Shown in pieces: positions 37,548 to 48,570 of a stretch of DNA of 64,000 nt (its first letter is position 1; each line of letters opens with the position of its first letter). Under the pieces are notes generated by a model. It did no database searches and was not told where the DNA came from. It saw only the letters and a program-made list of their open reading frames with translations. Made by a program: the position numbers and the translations under genes. This DNA is from Candidatus Woesebacteria bacterium (GTDB lineage Bacteria; Patescibacteriota; Microgenomatia; UBA1400; MFAQ01), in the NCBI GenBank assembly GCA_035389185.1, contig DAOORK010000001.1, positions 193,006-257,005 on the forward strand, in the 5' to 3' direction.

Positions 37548-38390
37548 TTATTTTCTTTTCTTGAGCAAACCGGTGGCAAATAGAGTTATACCGGACACGA
37601 CAAAAACAATTGGGATTACCCATTCAATAACAAGAAATTTGTTTATTTTTGATCTAGCCTCTTTAACCCTATCGGCAATGGTGGGTTCGTTGTATTTATT
37701 ACTCCATTGATCCATGTCCCAAACAACCTCGTTGTTGTCGTTGGCATAATAGCTTACTCCAGAGTCTTCATGGTTGATGATGGTGCCTGTTTTGGGTTCA
37801 ACATAAACATCAATATTTACTCTTGACAAAGCTTTGTATTTCTCGGGAACAAGAGGTAGGTCTACAAATCCGGCAGTGTCGTTGATTACTGCGTTCTTTG
37901 TTTGGTAGTGATAAACGGTAAGGTCGTTAATCTTTTCTATTCCAGTAAAAACTAGGGTAGTTGGGGCACCCATTTCAATTGGCCAGAAAAAGATGTCTTT
38001 CTTGGTGGGATTTGGCGGAAAAAGTATTGAGGCATTCCCCTGCTCATCGCTTTGTCCTTCAATGTTGACACGGGTTTTTCGGTCGATGGTGAAGTTTTGA
38101 TTTAACTCAAATAGAATTTCTCCAGTAAGTGACTCGACCCTAAACTGAGTTATGAGATCCGACTGTTTGAAATTAGAACTTACCGTGTTTATGCTTGATG
38201 AACTAATTGCTATAGTTCTTCCCGACCAGTTTGAGTCGATCTCAAAGCGATTGTTTTCCATGTGAACCATATTTGATTTCGAGGTAAAATTGGATGGAAG
38301 TTTTAGTAGTTCGGGAGAAATTAGGAATACCCATACAGGAGCCAAGAAAATAAGTAACACACTACAGACATATAGTAATGTTTTTGACAT
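37548..38390 (-). CDS. membrane-anchored hypothetical protein (N- and C-terminal TM)
   Basis: TM helices at both ends of the 280 aa ORF. Confidence 0.45.
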   Translation of the reverse strand: MSKTLLYVCSVLLIFLAPVWVFLISPELLKLPSNFTSKSNMVHMENNRFEIDSNWSGRTIAISSSSINTVSSNFKQSDLITQFRVESLTGEILFELNQNFTIDRKTRVNIEGQSDEQGNASILFPPNPTKKDIFFWPIEMGAPTTLVFTGIEKINDLTVYHYQTKNAVINDTAGFVDLPLVPEKYKALSRVNIDVYVEPKTGTIINHEDSGVSYYANDNNEVVWDMDQWSNKYNEPTIADRVKEARSKINKFLVIEWVIPIVFVVSGITLFATGLLKKRK

Positions 38391-38427
38391 ATCTCAGCTT
38401 AACTTATGTTGGGGAAATATGCAAAAA

Positions 38428-38501
38428 TGGAGCGGGTAACGGGAATCGGACCCGTATCTACTACTTGGGAAGCAGTCGTTCTACCACTGAACTATACCCG
38501 C
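38428..38501 (-). tRNA. tRNA-Gly (anticodon CCC) with encoded CCA
   Basis: Reverse complement folds: acceptor GCGGGTA/TACCCGC, D arm GTTC/GAAC, anticodon stem ACTGC/GTAGT (one G-U) with loop TTCCCAA, T arm ACGGG-TCCGATT-CCCGT, discriminator T, then CCA. Confidence 0.75.
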
Positions 38502-38536
38502 TTGTGTTCTGACAAGGATTATACTAAAGATTAACT

Positions 38537-39226
38537 ATGCCAGGAAGATATAGAAAAGCACATAACAAAAACCGATCGAGGTTTTATATTTTACTGTCGG
38601 TTGTCTTTATTATTGTGATGTTTAAATGGGGACTTCCCCTATTTATGAACATTGTGGCTGGCACAGGGGCACAAAGAATTAGTACAGGAGACGATATTAT
38701 TCCTCCACAGACGCCTGTTTTTTCGGCCCTATCGGATGCCACAAATAGCGCAAGAATTTTTGTTGAGGGTTATACCGAAGCAAATGCTAGTGTCGAGTTG
38801 ATGCTTAATGACAAGACTGACAAGATAGAAAAAGCAGATGAGGGTGGGTATTTTTCTTTTGACTCGCTTCTCGTTTCCGGTGAAAATCGTGTTCAGGTTC
38901 GAGCCAAAGATGAGGCCGGAAATGAAAGTTTGTCAGAGTTGAGTTTGGTAACACTTGATGTTAAACCAATCGAGCTAACAATAGCATCTCCTAAAGATGG
39001 CACTGAGTATATCGGGAGGGTAAATCAAGTTATTGACATCAAAGGTTCTGTGGATAAACCAAACTCTCAGGTGCTGATCAACAATTCGTTTGTTTCTCTT
39101 GATTCTGAGGGAAATTTTAGTCACAGGATGATGTTGTCTGCAGGTGAGAACATTATAACGATAAATGTGACGGACAAAGCGGGTAACTCGACTTCAAAGT
39201 CATTAAGACTTATTTTTACTCCCTGA
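38537..39226 (+). CDS. membrane-anchored extracellular protein with Ig-like repeats (putative)
   Basis: N-terminal TM followed by beta-rich repeats (GNES..., GNST...). Confidence 0.4.
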   Translation: MPGRYRKAHNKNRSRFYILLSVVFIIVMFKWGLPLFMNIVAGTGAQRISTGDDIIPPQTPVFSALSDATNSARIFVEGYTEANASVELMLNDKTDKIEKADEGGYFSFDSLLVSGENRVQVRAKDEAGNESLSELSLVTLDVKPIELTIASPKDGTEYIGRVNQVIDIKGSVDKPNSQVLINNSFVSLDSEGNFSHRMMLSAGENIITINVTDKAGNSTSKSLRLIFTP

Positions 39227-40288
39227 ACTTTCTTGAATAGAAAAAAGTAACCAAAGAGCAGCAGTGATCCAAATATATAGAAGTGTGTTGTTGAATAATG
39301 CATGAACAAAGAGAGAAACGATAACTGGTTTTACAGCAATAACTGAAGACCTGAACCCCCGTATCAGGATACTAAGATAGGCAGCTAATCCTGCCAAACC
39401 TGTTGTGGCGAGAACAAAGAGAAAACTATTGTCGATGGCAAAACGAGTTCCGCCTACCCCACGAAGAGTGTTGTACCCCCAACCCAGTAAGGGTTTTTGA
39501 ACGAATAGTGCAAAACCTTGTTTCCAACTTTCAATACGAGAAAAAATGGAAAACGTACGGGTCAGGTTTACACCCTCTCCAAAAGGTTTGGGGATGAAAA
39601 AAATTGTAAGGGCGAGAATTATAAAAAACAAAATAAGTCTTATTTTCTTTTGGGAGATCAGAATATATGCAAGACCGACAGCAAAACCTAGATACGATGC
39701 CCGGGAAAAGGTAAGTGCCAAGAGACCAATAAGAGGAATTGAGTAGAGATACCTCTTTTTGGCGATCAAAAAGAGTGAAATACAACAGAACAAGGCCCCG
39801 GTGTAGTTTGGATCATACAAAGAACCTATTAAACGAAAATAATGATCATCAAAGCCAAGGTTTTTGAGGAAGCGCATGTCCGGAAATAAAAGATATTGAA
39901 TTAATCCTAAAAGAGAGAAGATAATGACGGAAATGGTGATGTATTTGGAGATTTTTCGATAACCGACAAAACTAATGGCAAAATAAATAGAGGGATAGAT
40001 CAGTAAACGAAGAGCATAGAACAGGGTTTGATAAATGCCGGAGGTTATGACAATCTTGTAATTTATTAACAAAGAAAGTGAGACTATCGCCAGAAATGCA
40101 TAAAGTGATTTGGATAATGGAGTGTTAAAGACGGTCTTTCTATCACGGCTAAGTGCAAGCATTAAAAACAAAACAGCCACAACGATATCAAGGGCATAAA
40201 TTGTAAAAGGCAAAGATGAAATTGAAAAAGAAAGTAGCTGGCCAAAGGGCCAGATTAGGGATATTAGTATTAGACAAGATTGAATCAT
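39203..40288 (-). CDS. O-antigen ligase/polymerase-like membrane protein
   Basis: At least 10 TM helices; FSRASYLGFAVGLAYILI resembles the Wzy_C motif. Confidence 0.55.
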   Translation of the reverse strand: MIQSCLILISLIWPFGQLLSFSISSLPFTIYALDIVVAVLFLMLALSRDRKTVFNTPLSKSLYAFLAIVSLSLLINYKIVITSGIYQTLFYALRLLIYPSIYFAISFVGYRKISKYITISVIIFSLLGLIQYLLFPDMRFLKNLGFDDHYFRLIGSLYDPNYTGALFCCISLFLIAKKRYLYSIPLIGLLALTFSRASYLGFAVGLAYILISQKKIRLILFFIILALTIFFIPKPFGEGVNLTRTFSIFSRIESWKQGFALFVQKPLLGWGYNTLRGVGGTRFAIDNSFLFVLATTGLAGLAAYLSILIRGFRSSVIAVKPVIVSLFVHALFNNTLLYIWITAALWLLFSIQESSGSKNKS

Positions 40289-41613
40289 TTTAATTTGTAG
40301 ATTTGAATGCCGATTGGGTTTGTGTGAATTAACTCTCCTTTGGTTTTTTGGGGGTCTGAGTCTTTGGTGATTAGATATTCATATTGCGTATCAGCGTTTG
40401 CCCACGAAGTGTGATCAAAATCATAAGGGAAATAATATAGATTGTGGATCTTATCAATTAGTATTTTACTGTTTTTGGGTATTTCGTTTTTTACAAAATT
40501 ATCTGAGTCAATAAAAGTATCCGGAAGACGATAAGAAATATCTGTAAGAAAAGTGTTTATGTTTTGTTTTCCAGATAGATAAGGAATGTATTTTATATTG
40601 GCCACGACCCTCATTCCTAAAACCAAAAACGAAGACAGAATACAAAGAAAAATGAAGTATCTTTGGAAAACTGGTTTAAGTTGGTCAACGGTTGCCAAAG
40701 CGGCAATAATAATGGCGGGGAAGAAGGGTAAAAAATAACGGCTTGATGGAGGCTCTAAAGATACGGAAAAGATGGCGCCTAAGATACCAATCGCAGATAT
40801 TTGCCGGATCCTTTTGTCATTGTTAAAAAGTGAAAGAAAAGAAAAAATAATTAGGATAAACACCATAGGAGAAAGAAAATCATCAAAAGGAATGGTGAGT
40901 GTTAATGGCAAAAAGAAAACTCGTTTGATTATTTGAAAAATGGGGGCAAATGAGTTGTGTAGGATCGTGTCAAACAAAGGATAAAACGGATTGCCCGTAT
41001 AAGCTAGGGCAATTGCTGCCCAAGGTGCGGCTAGAAGAAATGCGGGTAGAGTTAGGGGGAGCCCAAAAACAACGGCATATATTGCCAAGGAACCTAGGCT
41101 AAGCCATTTTGTACCGATTGAAAGCCCAAGGAAAATGCCTCCTTTTACCCATGATCCAGAAACAAGGAACCATAGAGCTATTATTTCTAGAAAAGTCCGA
41201 AAAAGATCAATATAACTACTCCCCGATTGCCAACTGACTAACCAGGTGCAGTAAAACAAAGACACTCCTAAAATCTGAGACATTGTTGAAAGTGATAGTT
41301 TTTTTATCAATTTCCAAACAATAATTGAGGTCCCGATTCCTGAAATATATAGCAGTAATTTGGGACCCATGAAATCAAAGTATTTTATTAATGGAATAAA
41401 GAGAGTTTCTGTGAGGCGAGGCATAACCGAGTAATACAATAACCCACCATCAAAATACCATTGATGTTTTAGTAACCACAGCTTGGGTAAAGTTAAGTGA
41501 TACCAAAGGGAATCAAATCCTATCTCAGGGGTAAACACTGTGAGCAAATTTATAATTACCAAGAGAATAATTGGCATCACCAACAGAATTATGGTCAGCT
41601 TCTTTTTACCCAT
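40285..41613 (-). CDS. GT-C type membrane glycosyltransferase-like protein
   Basis: Multi-TM with an N-terminal loop typical of ArnT/PMT-like proteins. Confidence 0.45.
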   Translation of the reverse strand: MGKKKLTIILLVMPIILLVIINLLTVFTPEIGFDSLWYHLTLPKLWLLKHQWYFDGGLLYYSVMPRLTETLFIPLIKYFDFMGPKLLLYISGIGTSIIVWKLIKKLSLSTMSQILGVSLFYCTWLVSWQSGSSYIDLFRTFLEIIALWFLVSGSWVKGGIFLGLSIGTKWLSLGSLAIYAVVFGLPLTLPAFLLAAPWAAIALAYTGNPFYPLFDTILHNSFAPIFQIIKRVFFLPLTLTIPFDDFLSPMVFILIIFSFLSLFNNDKRIRQISAIGILGAIFSVSLEPPSSRYFLPFFPAIIIAALATVDQLKPVFQRYFIFLCILSSFLVLGMRVVANIKYIPYLSGKQNINTFLTDISYRLPDTFIDSDNFVKNEIPKNSKILIDKIHNLYYFPYDFDHTSWANADTQYEYLITKDSDPQKTKGELIHTNPIGIQIYKLK

Positions 41614-42320
41614 TGATACACACGTACAGTTAATGATTGGATACTCATCAGATATGACTGAAAAAGGCCTACAGTTCCATCAAGAAATCCTCTTTTGCAA
41701 AAGTAATTTTGAATGAACTTTCCCTTGGGATATAAGAAAAGACGCCAAAAGGTAAAGGGCTTATTTTCTTTGGTGAGTATATGGGAATCAATATCACAGT
41801 ATTTTGTCATTCTGCCAATAAACTCTGATATAAAATTGTCTTTAATATGGTAAAGTGGCGAGGCTAATTTTCCCATCTCCCCTACTATTTCCCATCTTTC
41901 ATGGACTGGCCTTACATATTTCCCCTTTGTTTTATTTGCCAATCGCAGTATTCTGGTTGTACCGGTTTCACCATGAAGTAAAGGTTGATAACAACAAACA
42001 TCTATTCTCCTGATTAGATAGCCCGAATACTGATGACAGTTTTTTATATTTTTGATTTCTCTGGCCAGCTCGGAGCTTACATACTCATCGTCGTCAACAA
42101 AAAAGACCCAGTTGTTTTGAGCTTTGTCTAGAGCGTAGTTTCTTTGGGCAGAAAAATCTGCTCCCAGGGGACGAAAGTAATACTTTACTCCCCTATTTTG
42201 TATTGGTGCTTTTGTCGGAGAATCGACAACAACTATTATCTCGTCGGCAAATTTGTAGGAGTCTAAAACGAGCTGTTTTAATTCTTTGGTTTTTGAAATG
42301 ACAGCAAGAGTAATATTCAT
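41595..42320 (-). CDS. family 2 glycosyltransferase
   Basis: IIVVVDSP...DFSAQRNYAL...VFFVDDDE (DXD). Confidence 0.8.
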   Translation of the reverse strand: MNITLAVISKTKELKQLVLDSYKFADEIIVVVDSPTKAPIQNRGVKYYFRPLGADFSAQRNYALDKAQNNWVFFVDDDEYVSSELAREIKNIKNCHQYSGYLIRRIDVCCYQPLLHGETGTTRILRLANKTKGKYVRPVHERWEIVGEMGKLASPLYHIKDNFISEFIGRMTKYCDIDSHILTKENKPFTFWRLFLYPKGKFIQNYFCKRGFLDGTVGLFQSYLMSIQSLTVRVYQWVKRS

Positions 42321-43462
42321 CTTTCGGATATTTTTTGACCTGCTTTAACCGATAAATTATGAGAGGGAAGCTCCACGAATCGATAAACAAGAAGGGATAC
42401 TCCTGTAGCCATAATCGTAGAAAAAATAAACAAAACTACATGTATTAGAAAATAGTGATTTGAGTATGGTAGATTGGGAAGATATACAAACATAAATCGA
42501 CTTAAAATATATAAAACGGAGAAATGTATCAAATAGAGACTATAAGAAATTTTGCCGAAAAATTTCAAAAATTCCCCGTCGAGAAAATTTAGAACGGTTG
42601 TTTTGGAACCATATGCGGCGAGACCGATGATCATAAAGGAAATAATCGCTTCCACGACGCCTCCTAGATACTGATCCGTGAGATAACGAAAACCGAGAAG
42701 AATAATTGTTGCTCCCGGGAGAAGAAGCATTGCCACCCTGTTGGAAATTGAACTGAAGAAGTTCTTAAACTTGGGTACCATAAGACCAAGGTAAAACATA
42801 TAGAGATAGCGCAAATCGCGAAAATCATCTCCAAAATCAAAGAGGGTAAAACTTAGATATACCAATAGACCAACAATAAAAAGATCTGCCCATCTTGACG
42901 TTTTTTTGTTAAGTAAGTAAACAATGGGGAAAATAAATGAAATAATGAGGATCACTCTCAATGTCCAGGTTACGCCACCGAGATAAGTGTGAATAAAAGT
43001 AAGATTCAGAAGAAACTCTTTGATCGTCATCTCAAAGTTCATCCACCAATTAAACCAGGCTGATGAATCGGGAAAGGTTTGATAAGAAAAACCTGTTTTC
43101 ATATATATAGCAGTCAAAATCGCAATCAAAGCATAAACCGGATAAAGACGAATCATCCTCTTGACGATAAATCCCCAGAAGCCTCTAAAGTCGATTTTTA
43201 TTTTGGCATAAGACTGCCCGAGAACAAAACCTGAAAGTAGGAAGAATAGAGTAACGGCGGCACCGCCGTTTCCGATAAACATCATTAGTTGTTGAAGCTT
43301 AGCTTGAAGATCATGAAAGAAAAGGGGGTTTTGCTGCCATACATTCGCAAAGGTGGGAATGACTACCACCATAAAAGAATGGTTTAAACATACTATAAGA
43401 GATAGCAAGCCGCGAAGACCATCTAACTTGCTAAAGCGTTCTATTCTATTTGTCTCCATCAT
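42317..43462 (-). CDS. acyltransferase family 3 (OafA-like) membrane protein
   Basis: LDGLRGLLSLIVCLNH N-terminal motif; about 10 TM. Confidence 0.8.
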   Translation of the reverse strand: MMETNRIERFSKLDGLRGLLSLIVCLNHSFMVVVIPTFANVWQQNPLFFHDLQAKLQQLMMFIGNGGAAVTLFFLLSGFVLGQSYAKIKIDFRGFWGFIVKRMIRLYPVYALIAILTAIYMKTGFSYQTFPDSSAWFNWWMNFEMTIKEFLLNLTFIHTYLGGVTWTLRVILIISFIFPIVYLLNKKTSRWADLFIVGLLVYLSFTLFDFGDDFRDLRYLYMFYLGLMVPKFKNFFSSISNRVAMLLLPGATIILLGFRYLTDQYLGGVVEAIISFMIIGLAAYGSKTTVLNFLDGEFLKFFGKISYSLYLIHFSVLYILSRFMFVYLPNLPYSNHYFLIHVVLFIFSTIMATGVSLLVYRFVELPSHNLSVKAGQKISER

Positions 43463-44343
43463 CTTGTATTATAAGGACAATGCGAGACTTTCGACTACAG
43501 ACTTTGATAAATATTTGGAGAATGCTGCAAAAAAGAGAGATTGGTTTACTCGAATTGGGCACTTATTCTTGGTGGTGGCTTAGACCAAGTTTCGAAAAAG
43601 AGATAAGGTCCAATAAAATGTATGATGTTTCTGATCTTACATATTTAAGAAGAATCAATACTAATTTGGGTAGAGTTGACCCATTGTGGTTTCCAAGGCT
43701 TTTTGAGCCTAGTACAAAGGGGATCAGGGCCTGGGAGTATGGTTTATTGTTGGATAAAACGACTTTCAGAAAGAAAACTGTTTTGGATGCTGGAGTGGGG
43801 AATAGTCGGCTTCCTCTCTATTTGAGTAAAAGAGGGGCAAAGATAACAATGCTCGATATGGAAGAACCGCTGGAACAAACGTCCGTTAAAAGAGATAAAA
43901 ACCTAAGGTTTGTTTTGGGAGATATGACGGCACTTAAGTTTGGAGACAGCTCTTTTGATCGAGTGATTTGTATCTCGGCAATTGAGCACGTGGATATGAA
44001 GCCAGCGGGTCAGTTTTATTCCGAAAAAGAATATATTGAAAGAGCAATTAAATCTATTAGGGAATTAGCCCGCGTGACAAAAAAAGGTGGTGTTTTTTAT
44101 CTGACGACAGATTTTTATCTTCCTCAACAAAAAACTGATAAATGGCCAGGATCAAAAGAAAAAATCCGTGGAGGGTTTCCCTGGTATTGTCTTGAAATAT
44201 TTATTAACGAAATGAAGAAAGGGCGAATTAAGTTAGATAATGATCCGATTGTTGATAAAGATTTTTTGTTGGAGTCTAAAAACCGAGCTAATTATCGCGG
44301 AAGGTATTTCACCACCTTTTCTTTTAGAGGAACAAAGACTTAA
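43450..44343 (+). CDS. class I SAM-dependent methyltransferase (start may be the internal ATG near 43480)
   Basis: VLDAGVGNSRL motif I and FDRVICISAIEH. Confidence 0.7.
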   Translation: MSPSSCIIRTMRDFRLQTLINIWRMLQKREIGLLELGTYSWWWLRPSFEKEIRSNKMYDVSDLTYLRRINTNLGRVDPLWFPRLFEPSTKGIRAWEYGLLLDKTTFRKKTVLDAGVGNSRLPLYLSKRGAKITMLDMEEPLEQTSVKRDKNLRFVLGDMTALKFGDSSFDRVICISAIEHVDMKPAGQFYSEKEYIERAIKSIRELARVTKKGGVFYLTTDFYLPQQKTDKWPGSKEKIRGGFPWYCLEIFINEMKKGRIKLDNDPIVDKDFLLESKNRANYRGRYFTTFSFRGTKT

Positions 44344-45109
44344 ACCTTAGATATAAATTAAAGGTGAGATAAAAAGGAGCAGAAATTAAAGGGAGGTGTC
44401 TGAGACAAAATCGGAGATGGCTGTTGGCAAGAATGATTAATTTTCTTTTTCCAAGTTTATTGCTACTTACAGAGAGATGGTGGAATATTTTTACTGAAGG
44501 ACAGTAGTTAATTTTGTATCCTAATTTTATGGCTTTTAAGCAAAAATCAGCGTCCTCAAAGTATAGAAAATATCGATCATCAAGTCCGTTTAATTTATTA
44601 AAAACCGATGTCTTTATCAAAAGGCAAACACCTGAAAAATAGTCAGGTTTGACCTTGGTTATCTTATTGAGATGATAATTGCGTCCAAAAAGATAATCCA
44701 CCTTCCCTCCATAGTCATAGATTTTTTTACCCTGATTAAGATATTCCACCTTGGGGGAGATAATATCCCCTTTTGTTTTAAGAAGTTTCTGAAAAAAGTG
44801 TTTGCTTTCGACAGTGGCATCATTATTGATTAGGAGAAGGTAATCAGCATGATTATTTAAGGCATATTTAATGCCGATATTATTTCCTCCAGCAAAACCT
44901 AAATTGGTTTTGGAAAACAAAAACTTTACTTTAGGAAACTGTTTTATCAGTTTTGCAGTCGCCGGTTCTGAACAGCCATTGTTAACTACGACCAAAGATA
45001 AATCGATATCACCTGTATCGATATCTTTAAATGATTTTAAAGTCTCAGCAGTTAAGGAAGCGTTGTTGTAATTAACTGTGATGACGACGATTTTTGGTTT
45101 TTGTTTCAT
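44324..45109 (-). CDS. family 2 glycosyltransferase
   Basis: VITVNYNN...VVVNNGCSE and DAT/DXD motifs. Confidence 0.8.
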   Translation of the reverse strand: MKQKPKIVVITVNYNNASLTAETLKSFKDIDTGDIDLSLVVVNNGCSEPATAKLIKQFPKVKFLFSKTNLGFAGGNNIGIKYALNNHADYLLLINNDATVESKHFFQKLLKTKGDIISPKVEYLNQGKKIYDYGGKVDYLFGRNYHLNKITKVKPDYFSGVCLLIKTSVFNKLNGLDDRYFLYFEDADFCLKAIKLGYKINYCPSVKIFHHLSVSSNKLGKRKLIILANSHLRFCLRHLPLISAPFYLTFNLYLRFKSLFL

Positions 45110-46190
45110 GAAAGACTTTTTCTAATTTTTCTACAGTAATGGCCCAGGTAAATCGTTTATTTACATCTCTTATACCTCTTTTCCCCATTTCAAAGAGATA
45201 CTTTTTGTCAAGAATGAGCGATTCAATAATTTTGGCAATTTGTTGAGAATCTCGATCAGCGAGTACTCCCGTTTTGCCGTCGATTACCGTTTCCTTGAAG
45301 CCACCTTCGTTTACGGCGACGACTGGTGTACCACAAGCTAAGGACTCGATGACAGAAAGGCCAAACGGTTCCAGATGGGCTAAAGCTAGAGTAAGTTTAG
45401 ACTGATTGTAGATTTTTCTTAAAGAATCCTGATCCAGACCAACCATGATTTTCAACTTCACTTGAAGTTTTTTTGCTGTTTTAATTATTTTTGTCATGTC
45501 ACTATCTCGTGGTGAAGCGATAATAAGAGTTGGACGATATTTTTTTGCAACATGCGCCACTGAGCATACTGCCAAGATAAGATCTTTTTGAGGTTCGTTG
45601 TTACCAACCACAACAACTTGATTTTTTTTGTGAGTTTTTTCCTGAAAATATTCTTTTGGGTCGATTCCGAGATGAATAGGAGTTGCATTTATTCCAAAAG
45701 CCCTAAAAATAGATTCAACTGAGTAACGAGAGTTTGCTACAATTTTCGAAGCATAGTTAGCGTTTGTAATTTCTATTCTTTTGCGAAAATATCGGTTTAA
45801 TTTTTCGTATATTTTGTTTGGCAAGGGAAGTTTTGGGTCTATTCGTAAAAATTCTTCGTAATAAGCCCTGGTTGGCTCTTGGCAAAGAAAAACGGAAGGA
45901 GTGTGAAGAAATCGAAGAATCATGGGTGACTGTGAATGACGATCGTGAGATACAAAGACAACGTCATATTTTTGAGCGTCAATTTGTTTGGCTAGTTTTT
46001 TCTGTTTCCAACGTTGAAACAGTATTGATTCCAAATCAAAAAAAAGTCTGGGGGTTATCGGCATCTGAGGAAATGATTTGGGATCATGATAAATGGAAAC
46101 GTCATGATGTTTGCCCAATATCCGAATTATCTCCTCCATTGTTCTAGAGGCACCGCCGGAAGGTAGATCAAAAAAAATGGCTATTCTCAT
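45072..46190 (-). CDS. family 4 (GT-B) glycosyltransferase
   Basis: EPFGLSVIESLACGTPVV E-x7-E motif. Confidence 0.85.
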   Translation of the reverse strand: MRIAIFFDLPSGGASRTMEEIIRILGKHHDVSIYHDPKSFPQMPITPRLFFDLESILFQRWKQKKLAKQIDAQKYDVVFVSHDRHSQSPMILRFLHTPSVFLCQEPTRAYYEEFLRIDPKLPLPNKIYEKLNRYFRKRIEITNANYASKIVANSRYSVESIFRAFGINATPIHLGIDPKEYFQEKTHKKNQVVVVGNNEPQKDLILAVCSVAHVAKKYRPTLIIASPRDSDMTKIIKTAKKLQVKLKIMVGLDQDSLRKIYNQSKLTLALAHLEPFGLSVIESLACGTPVVAVNEGGFKETVIDGKTGVLADRDSQQIAKIIESLILDKKYLFEMGKRGIRDVNKRFTWAITVEKLEKVFHETKTKNRRHHS

Positions 46191-47491
46191 CTATTTTCGA
46201 GTTTTTTTACTTCTCGATTATATTCCCTGGCGGTAACAATGAGGAATGGGGGTACCGTGACGATAGACGCAATCAATACACCGTAGGCTACTCCAACAAC
46301 ATGATATTTGGGAACGAGGATAAGAATGGCAATGATTTCGGTCACAACGGTCAAAACGGCAAAGAACGAAGGTATTTGGGGTTTATTTAGGCTCTGAAGA
46401 AGCACTGAAGGTATTGGGGTGAGAGAAGTGAGAACAAAGTAAAAACTCAAAATCTTCAAGATGGGTAGGGCAGAATATACAACTATCTGATCTTTGAGCC
46501 ACCAAAGAAGGAATTGTTCACCAATGGTAAAAGATAGAATTACGGCTAAAATGCCGCCAAGAAATGTTAATAGTTGAATAGCCAGAACTGTTTTCCCAAG
46601 TTTACGAATTCTCTCCTTAACCAATAAAGATGTACCCAAAGGAAAAATGACCTGAGCAATCTGCGAAACTACCGCAGCTCCCTTGGCAACAATATTTTGC
46701 GGAATACTGTAGGCAGTAACAGCTTCGGCCGAAACCATGATACCCAAAACATACTTGGAAAACTGAGCTTCAATTTGGCTTGCAAGTGTACCGACAAAGT
46801 TTTTCAAACCAAAAGACAACAACTCGCGGGATTCACTCTTTTCATAATCAGGCAAAAAGTCCTTACCGTGAAATATTTTTTGAGCGTAGAATACCAAATA
46901 AACGAAGGTTAGAAGATGAAAGACGAGTTGAAGGAAAAGAATGGGGGCAATTGAAGGGAAATAACTCGAAAGTAGAGCAGAAAATACTGTATTTGCAGAG
47001 CCAACGATGAGGGACTTCGAATTAAAAATATCGAATCTTTGTTCCGCTTGTGGAAGACTTAGAAAATGGGAGTTGATGTGATTAACAAAAACGGTAAGAC
47101 CAATAATAAGAGTAATAATGTTTAGCGCTGACTGATCGATATTTTGGAATAAGGGTAATGAATGAGTTAAATACAACAATACGGCGGAGATTACGAGAGA
47201 GACAATGGCAGCCATAATAATGAACAGACTGAAAGATGTTTTCCATGTTTTGATCCTGTCACCTGTCGATGCACCAGGAAGAGATAACCGACGAACAACA
47301 GCGCTCGAGATTCCAAAATCAAATACGGAAGCAAGAGGAATAACTGAAGTCAAAAAGATGTAGATGCCAAAGGTCTCTCTTCCAAGATTATTCAATAAGA
47401 CAGAGATCGAAAAGAAACTAGAAACAAGAAGGACTACATAACTTCCAAGATTGAATCCAGTGTTCTTTATAAGACTTTTTTTTATCGACAT
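46187..47491 (-). CDS. polysaccharide flippase (Wzx/MOP superfamily)
   Basis: About 12-14 TM with the Wzx-like arrangement. Confidence 0.75.
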   Translation of the reverse strand: MSIKKSLIKNTGFNLGSYVVLLVSSFFSISVLLNNLGRETFGIYIFLTSVIPLASVFDFGISSAVVRRLSLPGASTGDRIKTWKTSFSLFIIMAAIVSLVISAVLLYLTHSLPLFQNIDQSALNIITLIIGLTVFVNHINSHFLSLPQAEQRFDIFNSKSLIVGSANTVFSALLSSYFPSIAPILFLQLVFHLLTFVYLVFYAQKIFHGKDFLPDYEKSESRELLSFGLKNFVGTLASQIEAQFSKYVLGIMVSAEAVTAYSIPQNIVAKGAAVVSQIAQVIFPLGTSLLVKERIRKLGKTVLAIQLLTFLGGILAVILSFTIGEQFLLWWLKDQIVVYSALPILKILSFYFVLTSLTPIPSVLLQSLNKPQIPSFFAVLTVVTEIIAILILVPKYHVVGVAYGVLIASIVTVPPFLIVTAREYNREVKKLENR

Positions 47492-48570
47492 GCTATTTCG
47501 CGGTATACGTTTTCTATTTGACGGCTAATCTTGCGATGATCATATTTTTGAACGGCCATCTTGCGGGCAATTTTTGACAATTGTTTTCTATGTGTTTCAT
47601 TATAAATTAGTTCCTCCAGGTATGCCTTTAGGTCAGTGATGTTCGAATAATGACTAATTAAGGCTGCCTCGCCGCACACTTCGGGAATTGCACCGCTATT
47701 GGTGGTGACAATGGGAAGTCCACAAGCCATTGCCTCCAAAAGACACATACCGTACTGTTCTTGCCATGTTTTTGTTTCTCGACTGGGAAGACAGAAAATG
47801 TCTGCTTTTTGATATTCTCCCACAATTTGACTGTAGGGGACTGATTTTATCGATACGTTTTTGTAACCAATGAGATCCTGTTTTAAAGGACCGTTACCAA
47901 CAAAAGTCAGATGAACATTTGAGTTATTTTTCCGAATTTGTAAAAATGCTTCAAGAAGATCAGTTATCCCCTTTTCTGGAACCAAACGGGCAACACAAAG
48001 AATATTTATTGTTTTCTTTTTCTTTTTTGGTGATGGTACAAATCTGTGAATATCGATGCCAATGTTTATTACCTTGATCTTTTCCGAGTTGACTCCTTCT
48101 TTTATTAAAGCCTGTTTTGCTTTTTCTGTAACGGCTAAAAATTGATCAATATTTTCGTACGATTCTCTTTTATATTTATTTCTACCTTTAAGGCCTTCAT
48201 TGTTGTGAGGAATAATTTCCCAAACTGTACTGACGATTCTCCGCACAAGCCCTCTTCTCTTAGCCATAATCGCTTGGTGAGTATAACCGTAATAAGTTTC
48301 AGCAACATGAACAATGTCGCTCCCTTTGATTATCTTTTCCAAACCATTTAGTTTCTGTGCATCACCAAATAACCGGTTAAGAATCGGGAATTTGTATGGG
48401 AAGTTTGGAAGGTCTGTTGGTGACCAGAGTTTAATAAGAGGAAGATCTATTTTGTCGGAGATTGGGTGTTTAGAAGAAATAGCGGTTATTTCATATGCCT
48501 CCTTCAGAGGATTGTAGTTTTGGAGTTCAAACGGATTAAGGAAGGCGCCACGAATAATTGAAATTTTCAT
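47482..48570 (-). CDS. family 4 glycosyltransferase
   Basis: LEAMACGLPIVTTNSGAIPEV. Confidence 0.85.
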   Translation of the reverse strand: MKISIIRGAFLNPFELQNYNPLKEAYEITAISSKHPISDKIDLPLIKLWSPTDLPNFPYKFPILNRLFGDAQKLNGLEKIIKGSDIVHVAETYYGYTHQAIMAKRRGLVRRIVSTVWEIIPHNNEGLKGRNKYKRESYENIDQFLAVTEKAKQALIKEGVNSEKIKVINIGIDIHRFVPSPKKKKKTINILCVARLVPEKGITDLLEAFLQIRKNNSNVHLTFVGNGPLKQDLIGYKNVSIKSVPYSQIVGEYQKADIFCLPSRETKTWQEQYGMCLLEAMACGLPIVTTNSGAIPEVCGEAALISHYSNITDLKAYLEELIYNETHRKQLSKIARKMAVQKYDHRKISRQIENVYREIACR